Shown here: positions 1 through 12,003 of the stretch, one piece after another | Numbering within the stretch: position 1 is the first letter of the stretch | Layout of the letters: every line of letters begins with the position of its first letter | Assembly (NCBI GenBank): GCA_965644315.1 | Contig: CBFFRQ010000077.1 | Location: 76,144 to 140,143 of the forward strand | DNA length: 64,000 nt | Reading direction: 5' to 3' | From: Caecitellus pseudoparvulus | Lineage: Eukaryota > Protista > Bigyra: Bicosoecida | The notes under the pieces: generated by a model | Seen by the model: the letters and a program-made list of their open reading frames with translations, nothing else | Databases searched by the model: none | Told to the model about the DNA's origin: nothing | Made by a program: the position numbers and the translations under genes

Positions 1-21
1 CGCCAGCGACCACCTCTTCTC

Positions 22-1311
22 ATGGCTGCTGGTCGCGGCAAGCTGGATGCCGTGCGAGCGCTGCTGGATGCTGGCGCCGACATCAACGCCACAGACAGCC
101 GCCTGTGGACGGCGCTGTCACTGGCTGCCGTCAAGAATGACCGCAACATGACCCTGCTGCTGCTGCAGCGGGGCGCGTCGGTGAAGGCGTATTACCCGCT
201 GGACACCGGCCTGCTGCCTGAGGACATGCAACTGTCAGATGCCGCCGTGCCAGGGCTGCCGCCGGGGGCGGGGGTGGTGCCTGAGGACGCCGTGGACTCG
301 CACCTGTGTCTGTCCCTCACACTGCGCGCGGCACATTGGGACAAGTCGCCCGAAGGCCGCGCAGCACACGAGCGTGCCGTGGCTGAGGCGCATGAGCGGC
401 ACATGGAGCCTGAAGAGGCAGCTGTCTCTCGCAAGGCACGGGAAGCCAAGGATCGCCGCCGCTCTGCCAAGCGCAAGAGCAAGAAGGGGAAGAAGGGCAA
501 GAAGGGGAAACGGAGCAAGAAGGGCAAGAAAGAGAGCAAGCGGCGCCTGAAGCACCCCGGCGAACACTCGCCTGAGCTGGAGTACCCGCCCACGCCCTGG
601 GATGTCGCCGTGCCCGTGTGCCTGGCGGCATTTGGCGCACCCCGGGAAACGCTGCCCGAGGTGGCTGACACGCTGTGTGGCTTCAAGGGGGACTTGCGCC
701 GCCCTGCGTCACCCAGCTGCGGCGTGAATTCCATTCGCATCCCCGCTGCGAGCGTGCTGGTGAACCCTGGCGGCGTGTGGCCGAAAGTGGCGGACGAAAT
801 CGCCACACAGCTGGTGTTCTTCACACGGCGGTATTTCGCCGACCACCAGCACCACCGGCCGCCAGTGGTGCAGGGCGTAGAGTCCATCCTGGACACGCAG
901 GAAATCCTCAACGCACGAGGCATCAGCCTGGACCACCTCGTGGACAAGTCCTTGGAAGAGGTGAACGAGATTCTCAACGGGCCAGCTGCTGCGTCAGTCA
1001 CTACTGGCTTCCAGGCTGAGGCAGAGACACATGGGGACGACACACGCCATGCCAAGGCTGACTCTAGTGCAGACTCCGAGCAGCGTACGGGCGTAAAGCA
1101 CAGCGCTGGAGACCAAGCACAGGCACCTGGCGAGGGCGATGCGTTTGCTGCAGCCGCTGCGACGCTGGGGTCCTTCACCAGTGCGAGTGAAGATCGCGCG
1201 CCTGTCTCCGGCTCCTCCCATCGCGCTGGACACCCCGGTGCTAGGGCTGGCAACACAGACACCTCCGGTCAGGATGAAATGGAGCAGGAGTTTGAGGAGC
1301 TGCTGGGGTAG
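22..1311 (+). CDS. Ankyrin-repeat protein, 3' part (gene probably begins upstream of the window)
   Basis: Ankyrin repeats (PLFMAAGRGKLDAVRALLDAGADINATD-SRLWTALSLAAVKNDRNMTLLLLQRGASV), a Lys-rich basic tract and an acidic tail. The frame is open from the window start. Confidence 0.7.
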   Translation: MAAGRGKLDAVRALLDAGADINATDSRLWTALSLAAVKNDRNMTLLLLQRGASVKAYYPLDTGLLPEDMQLSDAAVPGLPPGAGVVPEDAVDSHLCLSLTLRAAHWDKSPEGRAAHERAVAEAHERHMEPEEAAVSRKAREAKDRRRSAKRKSKKGKKGKKGKRSKKGKKESKRRLKHPGEHSPELEYPPTPWDVAVPVCLAAFGAPRETLPEVADTLCGFKGDLRRPASPSCGVNSIRIPAASVLVNPGGVWPKVADEIATQLVFFTRRYFADHQHHRPPVVQGVESILDTQEILNARGISLDHLVDKSLEEVNEILNGPAAASVTTGFQAEAETHGDDTRHAKADSSADSEQRTGVKHSAGDQAQAPGEGDAFAAAAATLGSFTSASEDRAPVSGSSHRAGHPGARAGNTDTSGQDEMEQEFEELLG

Positions 1312-1487
1312 TAGCCGTGTGGCCGTTGGCTGCTTAGTGTGCCAGATTCCAGCCCTGTGCCAGACTTGGTGTGGCTTTGGGGGTCTCCTTCCTCGCTGTG
1401 TGTCGGTGTGGTGCTTGGGTCAGTGCCGGTGCGTTTCAGCGCAGTTTCTGCGCCCGGCCCTGCTGCGTTTCCAATGCAACCCCCGCC

Positions 1488-2751
1488 TCAGGCGCCCGGC
1501 GGCAGCAACTGCATGCTCTCGTACTTCTCCTCATCATAGAACTCCGCAGCCAGCTCACGCCCACCCACGCTACGTCCAGCCAGCGCCGCCAGCGCCGCAC
1601 TGGCCTGTGTTTCGCTGGAAAACTCCAGGAACACGCGCACCGCGCCGGCCTCCCCCGTGCGCGAAGCCTTGCGTTGTTCGTGGGACAGCTCCAACACGAC
1701 ACAATTCAGCACCTCGCCAAACTGCCCCGCCAACTGCTGCATGGCAGACTTGTGGCCTGGCGGCAGTGCGTGTGGTGCTGCGGAATTCAGCACCAGCACC
1801 ACACGTGTCGCACCAGGCAGCGCTTGCCCTGGCGGCAGGGGCGTGTTCTGCGGCGCCGACGCGACGATGCGTCCCGTGTTCTTCCCTGTCTTGACGTGTT
1901 CCAGGGCGGTCGCCATGCCCGTCTCGTGCTTGCCCAGCCCGGCCCCTGCCGTGTACCCCATTTTGGCCATGATGCTGGCAGCCACTGACAGCCCGCCAGG
2001 CGCCGGAGACGCCGCCTTGGAGGGTGTGCTGCTGGAAGCCCAGGCCGGCAGCGTGGAGCCCCGACCACGCCCAGCCCCGCCACCGCCGCCCATGCCTGCC
2101 AGGGCGGCCGAGTACGCTGCTTGCCGCTCAGCCTTCATGTTCGCACGCTGGGCCTCCAACCACTGCATGTGCTGGGCCTGGGCCTCTGCTGCTGCCGCCG
2201 CTGCCTGTGCCGCCAGCACGCCATCGTACGTGTTGGGGTGGTCGGGGGCGTACTCGCCGTCAATGGACGGAGGCAGTGCCAGTGTGGAGCTTGCTGTGGG
2301 GGGGGGCTGGGTGGGTGTGGCAGGGGCCTGCATCGGTGGGGTTGGTTTGGATGCCACGGCAGCAGCCGCTGCAGCAGCTGCAGCAGCCTTGGACGCCGCA
2401 ATGGCCGCTGCCAGGTCAATGTTGTTGGATGAGCCAGTGGACGCCTTAGCAGGCGACTGTGAGACTGTGACGTCAGTGTCCCCTGCACTGGGGGCCCGAG
2501 GGCGTTTCTGTCCTGCAGGTGCAGGTGTGCTCGGCTCACTCTGTGCAGGTGCGGCATCGCAGCGTGAGGCAGGGGGCGGGGGGAGGACGTCGATGGGCCA
2601 AGTTCCGCACCTTGCCCTTGCGCCTCAATGCAGCAGGCATGAACGAGCGGGAGGAAGCCGGACGCGAGGACTGTGAAGCATTTGCATCTGGCACCGCAGT
2701 GTCCACACCCTCCACGTCCAGGCCGCTGTACAGCCCGCCAGAGCCGGACAT
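1488..2751 (-). CDS. SPF45: Splicing factor 45 / RBM17-like (G-patch + UHM/RRM); 2 exons, intron 2541-2610
   Basis: N-terminal MSGSGGLYSGLD, DGEYAPDHPNTYD SPF45 motif, G-patch (VAASIMAKMGYTAGAGLGKHETGMATAL) and C-terminal UHM (VRVFLEFS...GRSVGGRELAAEFYDEEKY). A 70-nt GT-AG intron restores the frame. Confidence 0.85.
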
Positions 2752-3010
2752 AGTCGTCAGAGCTGCCGAAAAGAAGCAGCACAACTGCCCACCTTCACCA
2801 AACAAAAACACCCCCATACATCTACCCAAGGTCCCACCAGAAGGAAGTGAGGTGATCTGGGTGTGGTGCTGCATTTTTGACCCGCTCCCGCCGGTGCACG
2901 CTGTGGGTTTCGCTGCAGTCCCGTCGCGTTTCGCCAGCGTTTCGTGCCTGCTACGCGGCCGACTTCGGTGGCCAGCAGCCGCCTCACACAGCACAGTAGT
3001 CGGTGACACG

Positions 3011-5670
3011 ATGGATGACGACTTTGTGAGGACTGTGGGCAGTGATGACGAGGATGTCGTGCGTGTGCATGCCAGTGCAAGTTGCCCTGCCCCTGTTCAC
3101 TTCTCGACTGGCGTGTTCGACTGCAGGAACTGGTGTCCAGCTCGGACTCGGAGGAGAGCGAGGCGGGCTCAGGGTCCGAGGCAGGCGGCGCACATGAAGG
3201 CCCTGCATTTGACGACCTTGGGGATGAAGAGGAGGAGGAGGAGGCTGGTGCCCAGCGTGCTGCCAGGAGGGCTGAGCGAGCGGCAGCCGCCGCCGCCGCC
3301 GCCGCTGCCACTGCCAAGGGCAGTGAGTGGAGCTTCGCAGCGTCAGGCGTGTCGGGTGTGCGGGCGCCCAGTGCCATGATGACGAGTGTGGCGTCCAAGA
3401 TCGCCGCGCTGCGGGCGGCGAAACGCAGCGCGGGAGGCGGAGCTGGTGAGGAGTCAGAGGGGGATGAGGCCGCGGCAGCCCCCCCCGCACCCCCCTCCCG
3501 CAAGCGCAGTGGGGACAACATCACCGTCAAGCGCACTGCCGCTGCGGCCAAGGCCGCTGTGAGCGTGACGTTCCCTGAGCTGCGCCTGTCGCGTCCGCTG
3601 CTGAGGGCGGTGGGGGACATGGGGTACACTACCCCCACCCCCATCCAAGCACGCACCATTCCGCTGGCACTGGCCGGCAAGGACATCGCAGGCAGCGCCG
3701 TGACGGGCTCTGGCAAGACTGCTGCCTTCCTGCTGCCGTCCCTGGAGCGCCTCATGTTCCGGGACAAGTCGTCTCCTGCGACGCGCGTGCTGGTCATGGC
3801 GCCGACCCGCGAGCTGGCGACGCAGTGCCACCAGGTCGCCACGCGACTGTGCAAGCACACCGACATCTCCTGCTGCCTGGTGGTGGGCGGGCTCAGCGTC
3901 AAGGTGCAGGAGGCGGAGCTGCGCGCGCGACCTGACGTCGTCATCGCGACCCCAGGTCGCATGTTGGACCACCTCCGCAACTCCCAGTCCGTGCACTTGG
4001 AGGCTGTGGACATCGCCGTGCTGGACGAAGCCGACCGGCTGCTGGAGATGGGCTTTGCTGAAGAGGTGCAGCAGGTGTTGTCCTTCACGCCAGCCTCTCG
4101 CCAAACGCTGCTGTTCTCCGCCACCATGACGGAAGCGGTGCTGTCCCTGGCACGGGCGACACTGAAGAAGCCTGTCGCTGTCAGTGCCGACCCGCTGTTC
4201 GACATGGCGCGCAACCTGCGGCAGGAATTCGTCCGCATCCGCCCCTCACGGGAGGGCGACCGGGAGGCCATCCTGCTGGCGCTCATCAAGCGCAGCTTCC
4301 CGCGACGTGTCATCGTGTTCACATCGCGCAAGCGAGAAGCCCACCGCATGCTGCTGCTGCTGGCACTGGCAGGTGTCAACGCGACAGAGCTGCACGGGAA
4401 CTTGAGTCAGAAGGCGCGCCTGGACGCGTTGGAGGATTTCCGCACCGGCGCAGCTGACGTGCTGGTGGCCACAGACCTGGCGGCTCGAGGGCTGGATGTG
4501 CAGGGCACGGACACCGTGATCAATTTTCGCATGCCCAGTCAGCTGACGTCATATGTGCACCGTGTGGGGCGCACAGCCCGTGCTGGGCGGTCGGGCTGCG
4601 CCGTCACGCTGGTGAGCGAAGAGAAACGCACGATGATGAAGGAGATCATGAAACGCGCGAGCCAGAATGTCATGTCCCGCAGCGTGCCCGCGGAGGTGGT
4701 GGAGGCGTACAAGAAGAAGATCCAAGGCATGGAGGGCGACGTGGCGGCCATTCTGGAGGCAGAGCGTGAAGAGCGGCACATGCGGCTGGCAGAGGTGGAG
4801 CTGCAACGGGCCTCCAACCTCGTCACGCACGTGGATGAAATCGCCGCCCGCCCCAAACGCACCTGGTGGACAGACGCCAAAGGCAAGGCTGAGTTGAAAG
4901 CTGCTGTGGACGCGGCACGCGCCAGCGGCACGCTGCACGGACAGGCGGCGGCGGCAGCGGGAGAGGGTGACGGCGCCGCTGACGGCGTGACCGTGGCGGA
5001 CATCAAGCCCGTGTCAGCCAAGGAGCGCAAGCGGCTGCGCAACGAGGAAGTGCGTGCGGCGCAGAAGGCGGCGAAGGAGGCCGCTGCGAAGAAGACGCAC
5101 CGGCTGACTCGCAAGAAACGCCGTCGGCAGGAGGCGCGTGAAGAGATCCAGCGCGCCACCAAGGTCGCGCGCGGCGGGGGGGACGCCGTCACTGCTGCGT
5201 TGACGGGGTCGGATGACGTGGCCAAGGCTGCGAAGCTGGCGCGGTCCGTGGGGCGAGTGGACGCCAGCGTGCGGGCCGCAAAGCTGGCCAGCCGCAGTCT
5301 GTCCGCCAACATGGGCATGAGCGAGGGGCAAGCCAAGCACTTCCTGAAGAACCAGGCCCGCGCAGAGGCGCAGCGCAACAGGCGCAAGAAGCTGGAAGCT
5401 GCACAGGCCGCCACAGCCGAGGCGCAAGCACACGCCGCCATGGCCAGTGTGGAGAAGGCCCGTGGCAATGTGAAGAGTGCCCCATCTCGCTCAGCCTTGG
5501 GCGGCGGCCAGTGGGAGCGCAGGGACAAGCTGGCCACACGCAGGGGTGCAGTTTACCGTGGCCCCGAGCCAGACGACATCAAGGGCGGGCCGGGCGAGAA
5601 CATGCTGCGCAAGGGCGGCAAGATCGGCCACTCCAAGTTCAAGAGCAAGGCGCGGTACAAACGCAGGTGA
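3011..5670 (+). CDS. DDX27: DEAD-box RNA helicase DDX27/Drs1; intron 3059-3126
   Basis: Q motif, AVTGSGKTAAF, PTRELA, TPGR, DEAD, SAT and HRVGRTARAG motifs. Drs1-type N-terminus (MDDDFVRTVGSDDED), RPKRTW motif and C-terminal FKSKARYKRR. Confidence 0.92.
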
Positions 5671-5970
5671 AACGCAGCAACAATGCAGTCCACCACCGCG
5701 CACGGAGCTCCAAGGCAGGCGCTCATGCGCTCTCTTCCTGCCCTGCGAGCTGTGGCAGAAGGGGGCTGGAGACTGCGAGGGGGAGATGCTGCGTGATACG
5801 TGGCGCTCCGTGGACACCGCTTGGCAGGGCCGCAGTTCCGAGCGTGGGACACACTAGAGACCCACAAACGACACTTTGCTCTGCATCGCTTGCGTGAAAC
5901 TCCATCCACGCGCTGCGTGGCCTCTACCAGCGCACCTCAGCAGCAACAAGCCAGCCTTCCGAGCAGCAAC

Positions 5971-7260
5971 ATGATGCGGCTGGCGCTGGTCCTGGCAGCA
6001 GGCTTTGTTGTGCAACAAGCGGCTGCCACGACGTGCAGAGCAACTGATGCCCGCCCTTTGTATGAAAGCCTCCGTCAGAATGCCTGCCATCAGCTGGAAC
6101 TGGAGCACAGGTACGCCTTGCGCCGTGTTTCGGTGTTTGGAGCGAGACCAATTACCGCACCTTCGCCGACCTGCACGTGTCCTTGTCCTTCTTGCACAGC
6201 GCGCGGACAGGGGATGTGGCGGCGTTGGCTGACGTGTTCCCCACTGCCACCAACCTAGTGGACATCGAGGTGGAGGGGGTGCCCTTGTCCGGTGCAGGTG
6301 CGGAAAAGTTCGAAGGCGTGTTTCCCCGTGGCATGCGCAGCTACGGGATGACGCCACACCGTGTCCTGCACAGACTGCGAGGCGCTCGCCGGCGCACTTG
6401 CACTGCCCCGCCTGGATGACGTTGAAGCACCACGGGCTGGAGTGGACGATGCATGTGCAGGTGTGTTCGGGGCAGTGCTGGCCAGCAACCCGCCACTGCG
6501 TGAGCTGCAGCTGGCAGGCAACAGCATCACAGCTGACGGGTTGGGGGCTTTGCTGCTGGGCCTGGAGACGAACACCCACCTGCGGAAACTGGGGCTTAAC
6601 GGCAACGCGCTTGACGATGCGGCCGCTGATCGGCTCGTGGAGTTTCTGCAGCACGCTCAAGGCAGCGGCCTGCACAGCATCGCGTTGAAAGGCAACGCGC
6701 TGTCGCACACTGCAGTGCAGACCATTGAGAATGCCGCACGGGCTGCAGGCGGCAGGATTCGCTTTGACCTGCGGCACCAGCGCCCGGACACTGTGCGCTC
6801 TGTGCGCAACGCAGCGCCAGGGACGGCACCGGCACGCCATCCCGCTGCAGCGCCACGTGCCGGCCGCAGCGCCCCCGAACGGAGGATGCAACAAAGCCGG
6901 TCTGAATCAGCGTCAACAGGGCGGGTGGAACTGTTTGCAGGACCTGATGCCAGCGTGGGGCTGCGTGAGGCAGTGCGGGGTGTGGACGCTGGCGTTTTGC
7001 CGCGCGGCAACCCCCTCACGCAGTGGGACGAGACTGCCACAGCCGAGTGGGTGGCCCTGTTAAACGCAAAGTTCGGCAAGTACCGCAAGCTGCTGGTAGA
7101 TGGCGCGGTGGACTTTGCGCTGCTGGTGGATTTGGAGGACGCTGCGTTGGCGGAAGTTGGCATTGCGTCAGCAACCCACCGCCACCGCATCTTGCGCGAG
7201 GCACGGCAGCTGCTGGGGGAACTGCGCAAGCAGCTGCCTGTGAGCCACACAGAGCTGTGA
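5971..7260 (+). CDS. Signal-peptide RNI-like LRR + SAM-domain protein ending in HTEL; introns 6111-6199 and 6298-6373
   Basis: MMRLALVLAAGFVVQQAAA signal peptide, LRRs (LRELQLAGNSITADG, LRKLGLNGNALDDAA, LHSIALKGNALS), SAM domain (WDETATAEWV...KYRKLLVDGAVDFALLVDLEDAALAEVGIASATHRHRIL) and C-terminal HTEL. Both introns keep the frame. Confidence 0.75.
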
Positions 7261-7412
7261 GGCGTGCCATGCTCACACTGCGTGTGCCGGCGGTGCACGT
7301 GCACAGTGCGGGTCACCGTACAATTCACAAGCTGCGTCGACTGCGGTTCCCTCGACAGAGGGAGCTTCCCAGGTGCTGCCGCCACGTTCCTGGCGTGACC
7401 CGCGCCGCCAGC

Positions 7413-10400
7413 ATGCAGCAGAGCCTGGGCCCCGCCTTTGTCGCGGGCTTGGCTGTCCGGGAGCGTGTTGGCGCTGGCAGTAATGGCGCAGTGGTGCGGG
7501 TGCAGCCACCGCCCGACCCTGCCGCAGCTGCAGCGGCGAGCGCCAATGCAGCCGGGGAGGAGGACCGGCGCGAGCAGCGCCTGGCGTCCACCGCCACTCT
7601 GTCTACACAGCCCTTTGCACTGAAGGTGGTGTCTCATTTCTGGAGCGAGGAGGCGCTGCAGAGCCTGGACGTGGAGCGGAAGTCTCTCACAGTCAGTGCC
7701 GCGGCGACGAGGGCGCTTCGGGCGGCACCACACGCCGCCGCTGTGCCTGTCACGCAGAGGTTGCCGCCGCACCCCAACATCATCCGATGCTACGGCGTGG
7801 ACAAGGTCCTCATCCCGCCCTCCATTGTCGAGGCGCTGCCGGATGACATGGCTTCCGTGGTGAGTTTGGCGCAGCCAACGGAAGGGTGGCAGGTTGCGCC
7901 ACTGTGGGCCGGAATGGCGGCCGTGTTTGCCCAAGCCGCTCCAGGCTCCTGTCTGTTCAGGGGTGGTTAGCTCGTGTGTTGTTCTTATTCGCTGGGCTGG
8001 CTGCGGTGGAGGCTGCGCCGGCGCGCCGGCGCTCGAAGTGCAGGCTGCGGAACTTGAACCCACGCTGCACCCTTCCCGCGCAGGCACAAAGCGGGACGTA
8101 CTCCACCCAGTTCTTTGCATTCCAGTACCACCCCACATCGTTAGATCAGTACCGCAAGTTGTTCCCCTGCCCCATGCCGTACCACATTCTCTTCAGGGCG
8201 GCCGTGGACATGCTCCTGGTGCGCAGCGGCAGCACTTGCACGAGCCGGGCGCTGAGACGTGCACCCTGCGCCACGCCCCCCGCCCCCGCACAGGCTGCCG
8301 AGCACATGGCCCAGCACGGCATCGTGCACGGGGACTTGAAGGAGGACAACATCCTCGTCTCATTCGACGGCCGCTGTGTCATCGGCGACTTTGGGCTCAG
8401 CATGGCAGCGCCCAGCGTGCCAGCACCCCCTCCTGGCCAGTCGCCCCCCCGGCAACCCCACAGCCTGGCACACACAGGGCCCATGCTCATACCCGCCTTT
8501 TCGCCCCCGTCACCGCCCTGGGCGGCGCTGGCTCAGCAGTTGCGGGGCAGCAGGCGCCCCCCCCCTCCGCCGTCCTCCCGCCCCCCCCCCGCCACACACC
8601 CCGCCAAAACAGGCAGCCTGCAGGAGACTGCGCTGCAGGCGTCGTACATAGAGACGTACAGCATGTCCCTGCACCGGGCCGTCATGCCGCCAGAGGTGCT
8701 TAACGCATACGACTTCGCCGACGGCCTGTTCGTGATGTTCAAAGACCGACCCCCCCCCTCGGGCCTGCCGGGGGGGGGGTACATCGGCACCGGCGCCCCC
8801 ACCCCCACCACCTCCCACACGGACGTCGTCCTGGACTTCACACGGCAGGCCTCCTGGTCCATTGGCATGATGCTGTACGAGCTGGGCGCCGGCCACAGCG
8901 CGCTGCCGTCTTACCCCCGCCCAACGTGCCTGGTTCGCCCCTTCACACAGTGCACGCTGGAGGCGGGGGAGGGGCATGTGGAGGGGGGTGCGGGGGGGGA
9001 GGACGCCTCGTCACCCGACCCCCCCTCCACGTACCCCGTCCCCGGCGTCGGCTTCGCGTGGCACCGCATCCCCCTCCTGGACCGCGCCAGCTACCCCCCC
9101 CCCTTCATCGCCCTCCTCCGGCACCTGCTGCACCCAGACCCCAACCAGCGCATGGCGGTGGGCGAGGCGCTGCAGCACCTGCTCACCAGCCCCGAACTGC
9201 ACCCCACCCTGCGGCACTTCCCCCTCGCCTTCCACAGCTCCGCCCATCGCGTGGCCACGCTGACCAGTGTCTTTGACCGACAGGGGGCCAGCCGCCGTGA
9301 GCCCCTGCCGCCCATCAGCACGGTGCCCTGTCCCAGCCTCGTCACGCCGCCTCGCTTCGTCGTGGTGCGTTTCACGAACTGGCTGGGCCAGGTGCAGTGC
9401 GTGACGGGGTCCCTGGAAACCTCCCTGGGCGCCCTGCTGTTCAAACTACACAAGGACTTCGTGCTGCCGACAGAGGGGGCCCAGGCTGCCCCTGGTTGCC
9501 TGGCCCTGGGGGGGTCCGTGTTGCATGCCGTGTCAGTGCCGTGGAAGGCTGGGCAGCGTGAGTTCGGTGACACAGAGGAGGCAGGTACGGTGCTGGGTGG
9601 CAGTGCGGCGGATGCGGAGGACATGACCCCCGTGCAGGGGGCGGCACCCCCGGGGCAGAACATCGTGGAGGGCTTCTCGTGGGAGCCGTCGACGTGGAGC
9701 ACCCTGCGCGACGTGTGGCTGGTCGCAGCTGCCGACGGCGTGCCCAAGGCGGCCACCAGCACACGTGGCGTGGGGGGACGTGCCAAGGCGAACTTGGAGA
9801 TGGACTTCGAAGCCACACCTGCCATGACCTACATGCGTGTGCCTGGTGTGACTACGGCTGTGCCCGTTGTGGACGTGACGGTGTGTCTGGGCGCAGAGGA
9901 CATAGTGCAGGGCTCCCTCAGCACCCTGCTGCAGCGCCTCGCCGCCGTGGGGGAGGTGTTGGATGGCGCCGCCACCCTGCGTGAAAAGGCGCTGGTGATC
10001 GGCAACCCCTATGACGACAAGGTGGCGGGGCTGCTGCCGCCGACGCCGTGTGACATCACGGCGCCGCTGAATCTAGCCTGGGGCCTGGCGTCGGAGGAGG
10101 AGGAGGAGGAGGGGTGGGGGCAGGCGGTGCAGGGCATCCAGCCCACGCTGTGCGCGTTCTTGCTGGAGAGACTGCAGTGGGTGGCGGCCCAGGCGGTTCG
10201 CAGCTCAGTGGAGGCACTGCCGTACACGACTGTGTGCGGCGCCGCCACCACCATCGCCCACACCTTCTCCCACCACGCAGACATCCTCACCAGCACCATG
10301 GGCGTCATCCGCTGCGTCTCCTGCACTCGCAGCCTGGACACGGCCGTGGAGCTGGTTCGGGATTACTCCTGCCTGGACTGGGCCATGCACGGGCTGCGGG

Positions 10401-11713
10401 AAGAGTCACTGCACTCTCGCCCCTCAGCAGTGGAAGACGCCCTCATGGCCATCGCCAACCTGCTGCGTTTCCCCGAGATCCAGCAGGGGCACTTCGACCT
10501 GTCCATCGCCCCTGCCGACATCGCAGAGGTGGCGGTGTTTGCGCTGTACGCGTTCGACTTCGAGGAGGCGGAGACGGAAGCTGTGCTCATCGCCGCCTGC
10601 TCAGCCTTCAAGCACCTGTCCCACTCTGTGTTTGACGAGGAGACGGCCAGCGCAGTGGCGGCCCACGGCACGGTCAGCATGCTCGTCGCCATGCTGCACC
10701 CCATGCGCCGGCGGCAGGATGAAATTGAGGAGTTGCTGACCGCCCTCAGCAACCTGCTGGTGTTCGAGGGGGTGCGGGACAACCACACAGAGTACAAAGT
10801 CGCTGCCAGTGCCGTGCTGCAGATCATGAACCGGCCGCAGTACGCGAGCGACGCGGGCGTGCAGACGCTCTGCATCAACGTCATGCGGAATTTGGCGTGT
10901 GTCGCGTCAGGCGAAGGCACCTCCTCCCTCACCGATGCCTCTGGCATGGTGACCTCCCCAGCCTACTACATCACGCAACTGGGCGCGGCAGTGGCCGTGG
11001 AAGGCGCCATGGAGCGCCTGCCCCAAGCTGAGCATGTGCAGGAAAACGGCCGGTGCTGCCTGTACAACCTCCTGCTCATCGCCACAAACGACATGGGCTT
11101 GCTCAAGTCCCAGGCACGCGAGGTACTGTCCCGGGCCACAGCTGCAGAAGCCAGGGCAGAGGCAGCTGAGGCAGAGCTAGCCCAGCTCAAGGCGGCGATG
11201 GAGGCTGAGCGCAGCGCTTCGGCCGTTTCTCATGGAAACGCAGCAGGCACCACACCCCGGCGCACCAGCCGCCGCTGGTCAGGCGCCTCAGCGGGCACGG
11301 GTGGCTCCGAGGGCCACCGCATTGGGCGCCTGCCGCCAGTGTCTGCCCGCATTGCCAAGTACCAAGCCGCCGCCAAGGCCCGGCAAGCTGCTGCGGCGGC
11401 AGGCGAGGGCGAGTGTGGTGACTCGGTGGCGGCGGCATCAGAAGGCGGCGAGTGGCGGCCGCCCTCCCCCCGTGGCTCAGAGGTGTTCGTGACTCCTGAC
11501 TCGCTGGGCTCTGACTCAGAGGCCTCCGTGGGCCAGTCCACCAACCAGCCGTTGCCAGTGGCCTCCCCCCCACGCTCGCCGATGTCCACGACGCCCAGCC
11601 TCGCACCCGGCAGGGTGGTGGGGGGCACGCCGGGGGGCGGCTCAGGCACGCCCAAGGCGGCACGCCATAGCCGAGTCCTGCTGGCGGTGGGCAGCTCCCC
11701 CGTGCCGGGCTGA
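7413..11713 (+). CDS. Ser/Thr protein kinase (PINK1-like domain) with C-terminal armadillo repeats and coiled coil; introns 7692-7757, 7860-8083, 8219-8293
   Basis: GAGSNGAV glycine loop, FALK, LPPHPNII, HGDLKEDNILV, IGDFG, MPPEV, DFTRQASWSIGMMLYE and LLHPDPNQR, with ARM-like helices in the C-terminal half. An alternative in-frame ATG lies at 7269. Confidence 0.8.
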
Positions 11714-12003
11714 CACGACACGTGGCGTGTCCTGGCGCCAATGCACTGCACTCACATTGCGTTACTCCTTCTGAATGGAGGTTTACGGCGAGAATCCATT
11801 GAGTGTTTGTGGTGGCAAGCTTTAGGCTGCGGGGAAGTTTGCGGAGTCTGCTCTGGGTGCGGAGAGTGCACTGCTGTGTGCCGTTGACGCAGACTGCGCC
11901 GCAGAACAATACCCGACCATGACGAGGCGAGAAGTGACAAGTGTGACAGTCTGCCACGTCGCTACCGTCGCGGCATGCCGGAGGAAGTCCTTGCTCTGGC
12001 GCC

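Noticed and set aside
7261-7271. ATG only 8 nt after the LRR-SAM stop, suggesting operon-like coupling
   Set aside because: A downstream ATG at 7413 has good context and precedes the kinase glycine loop; there is no evidence for polycistronic expression.
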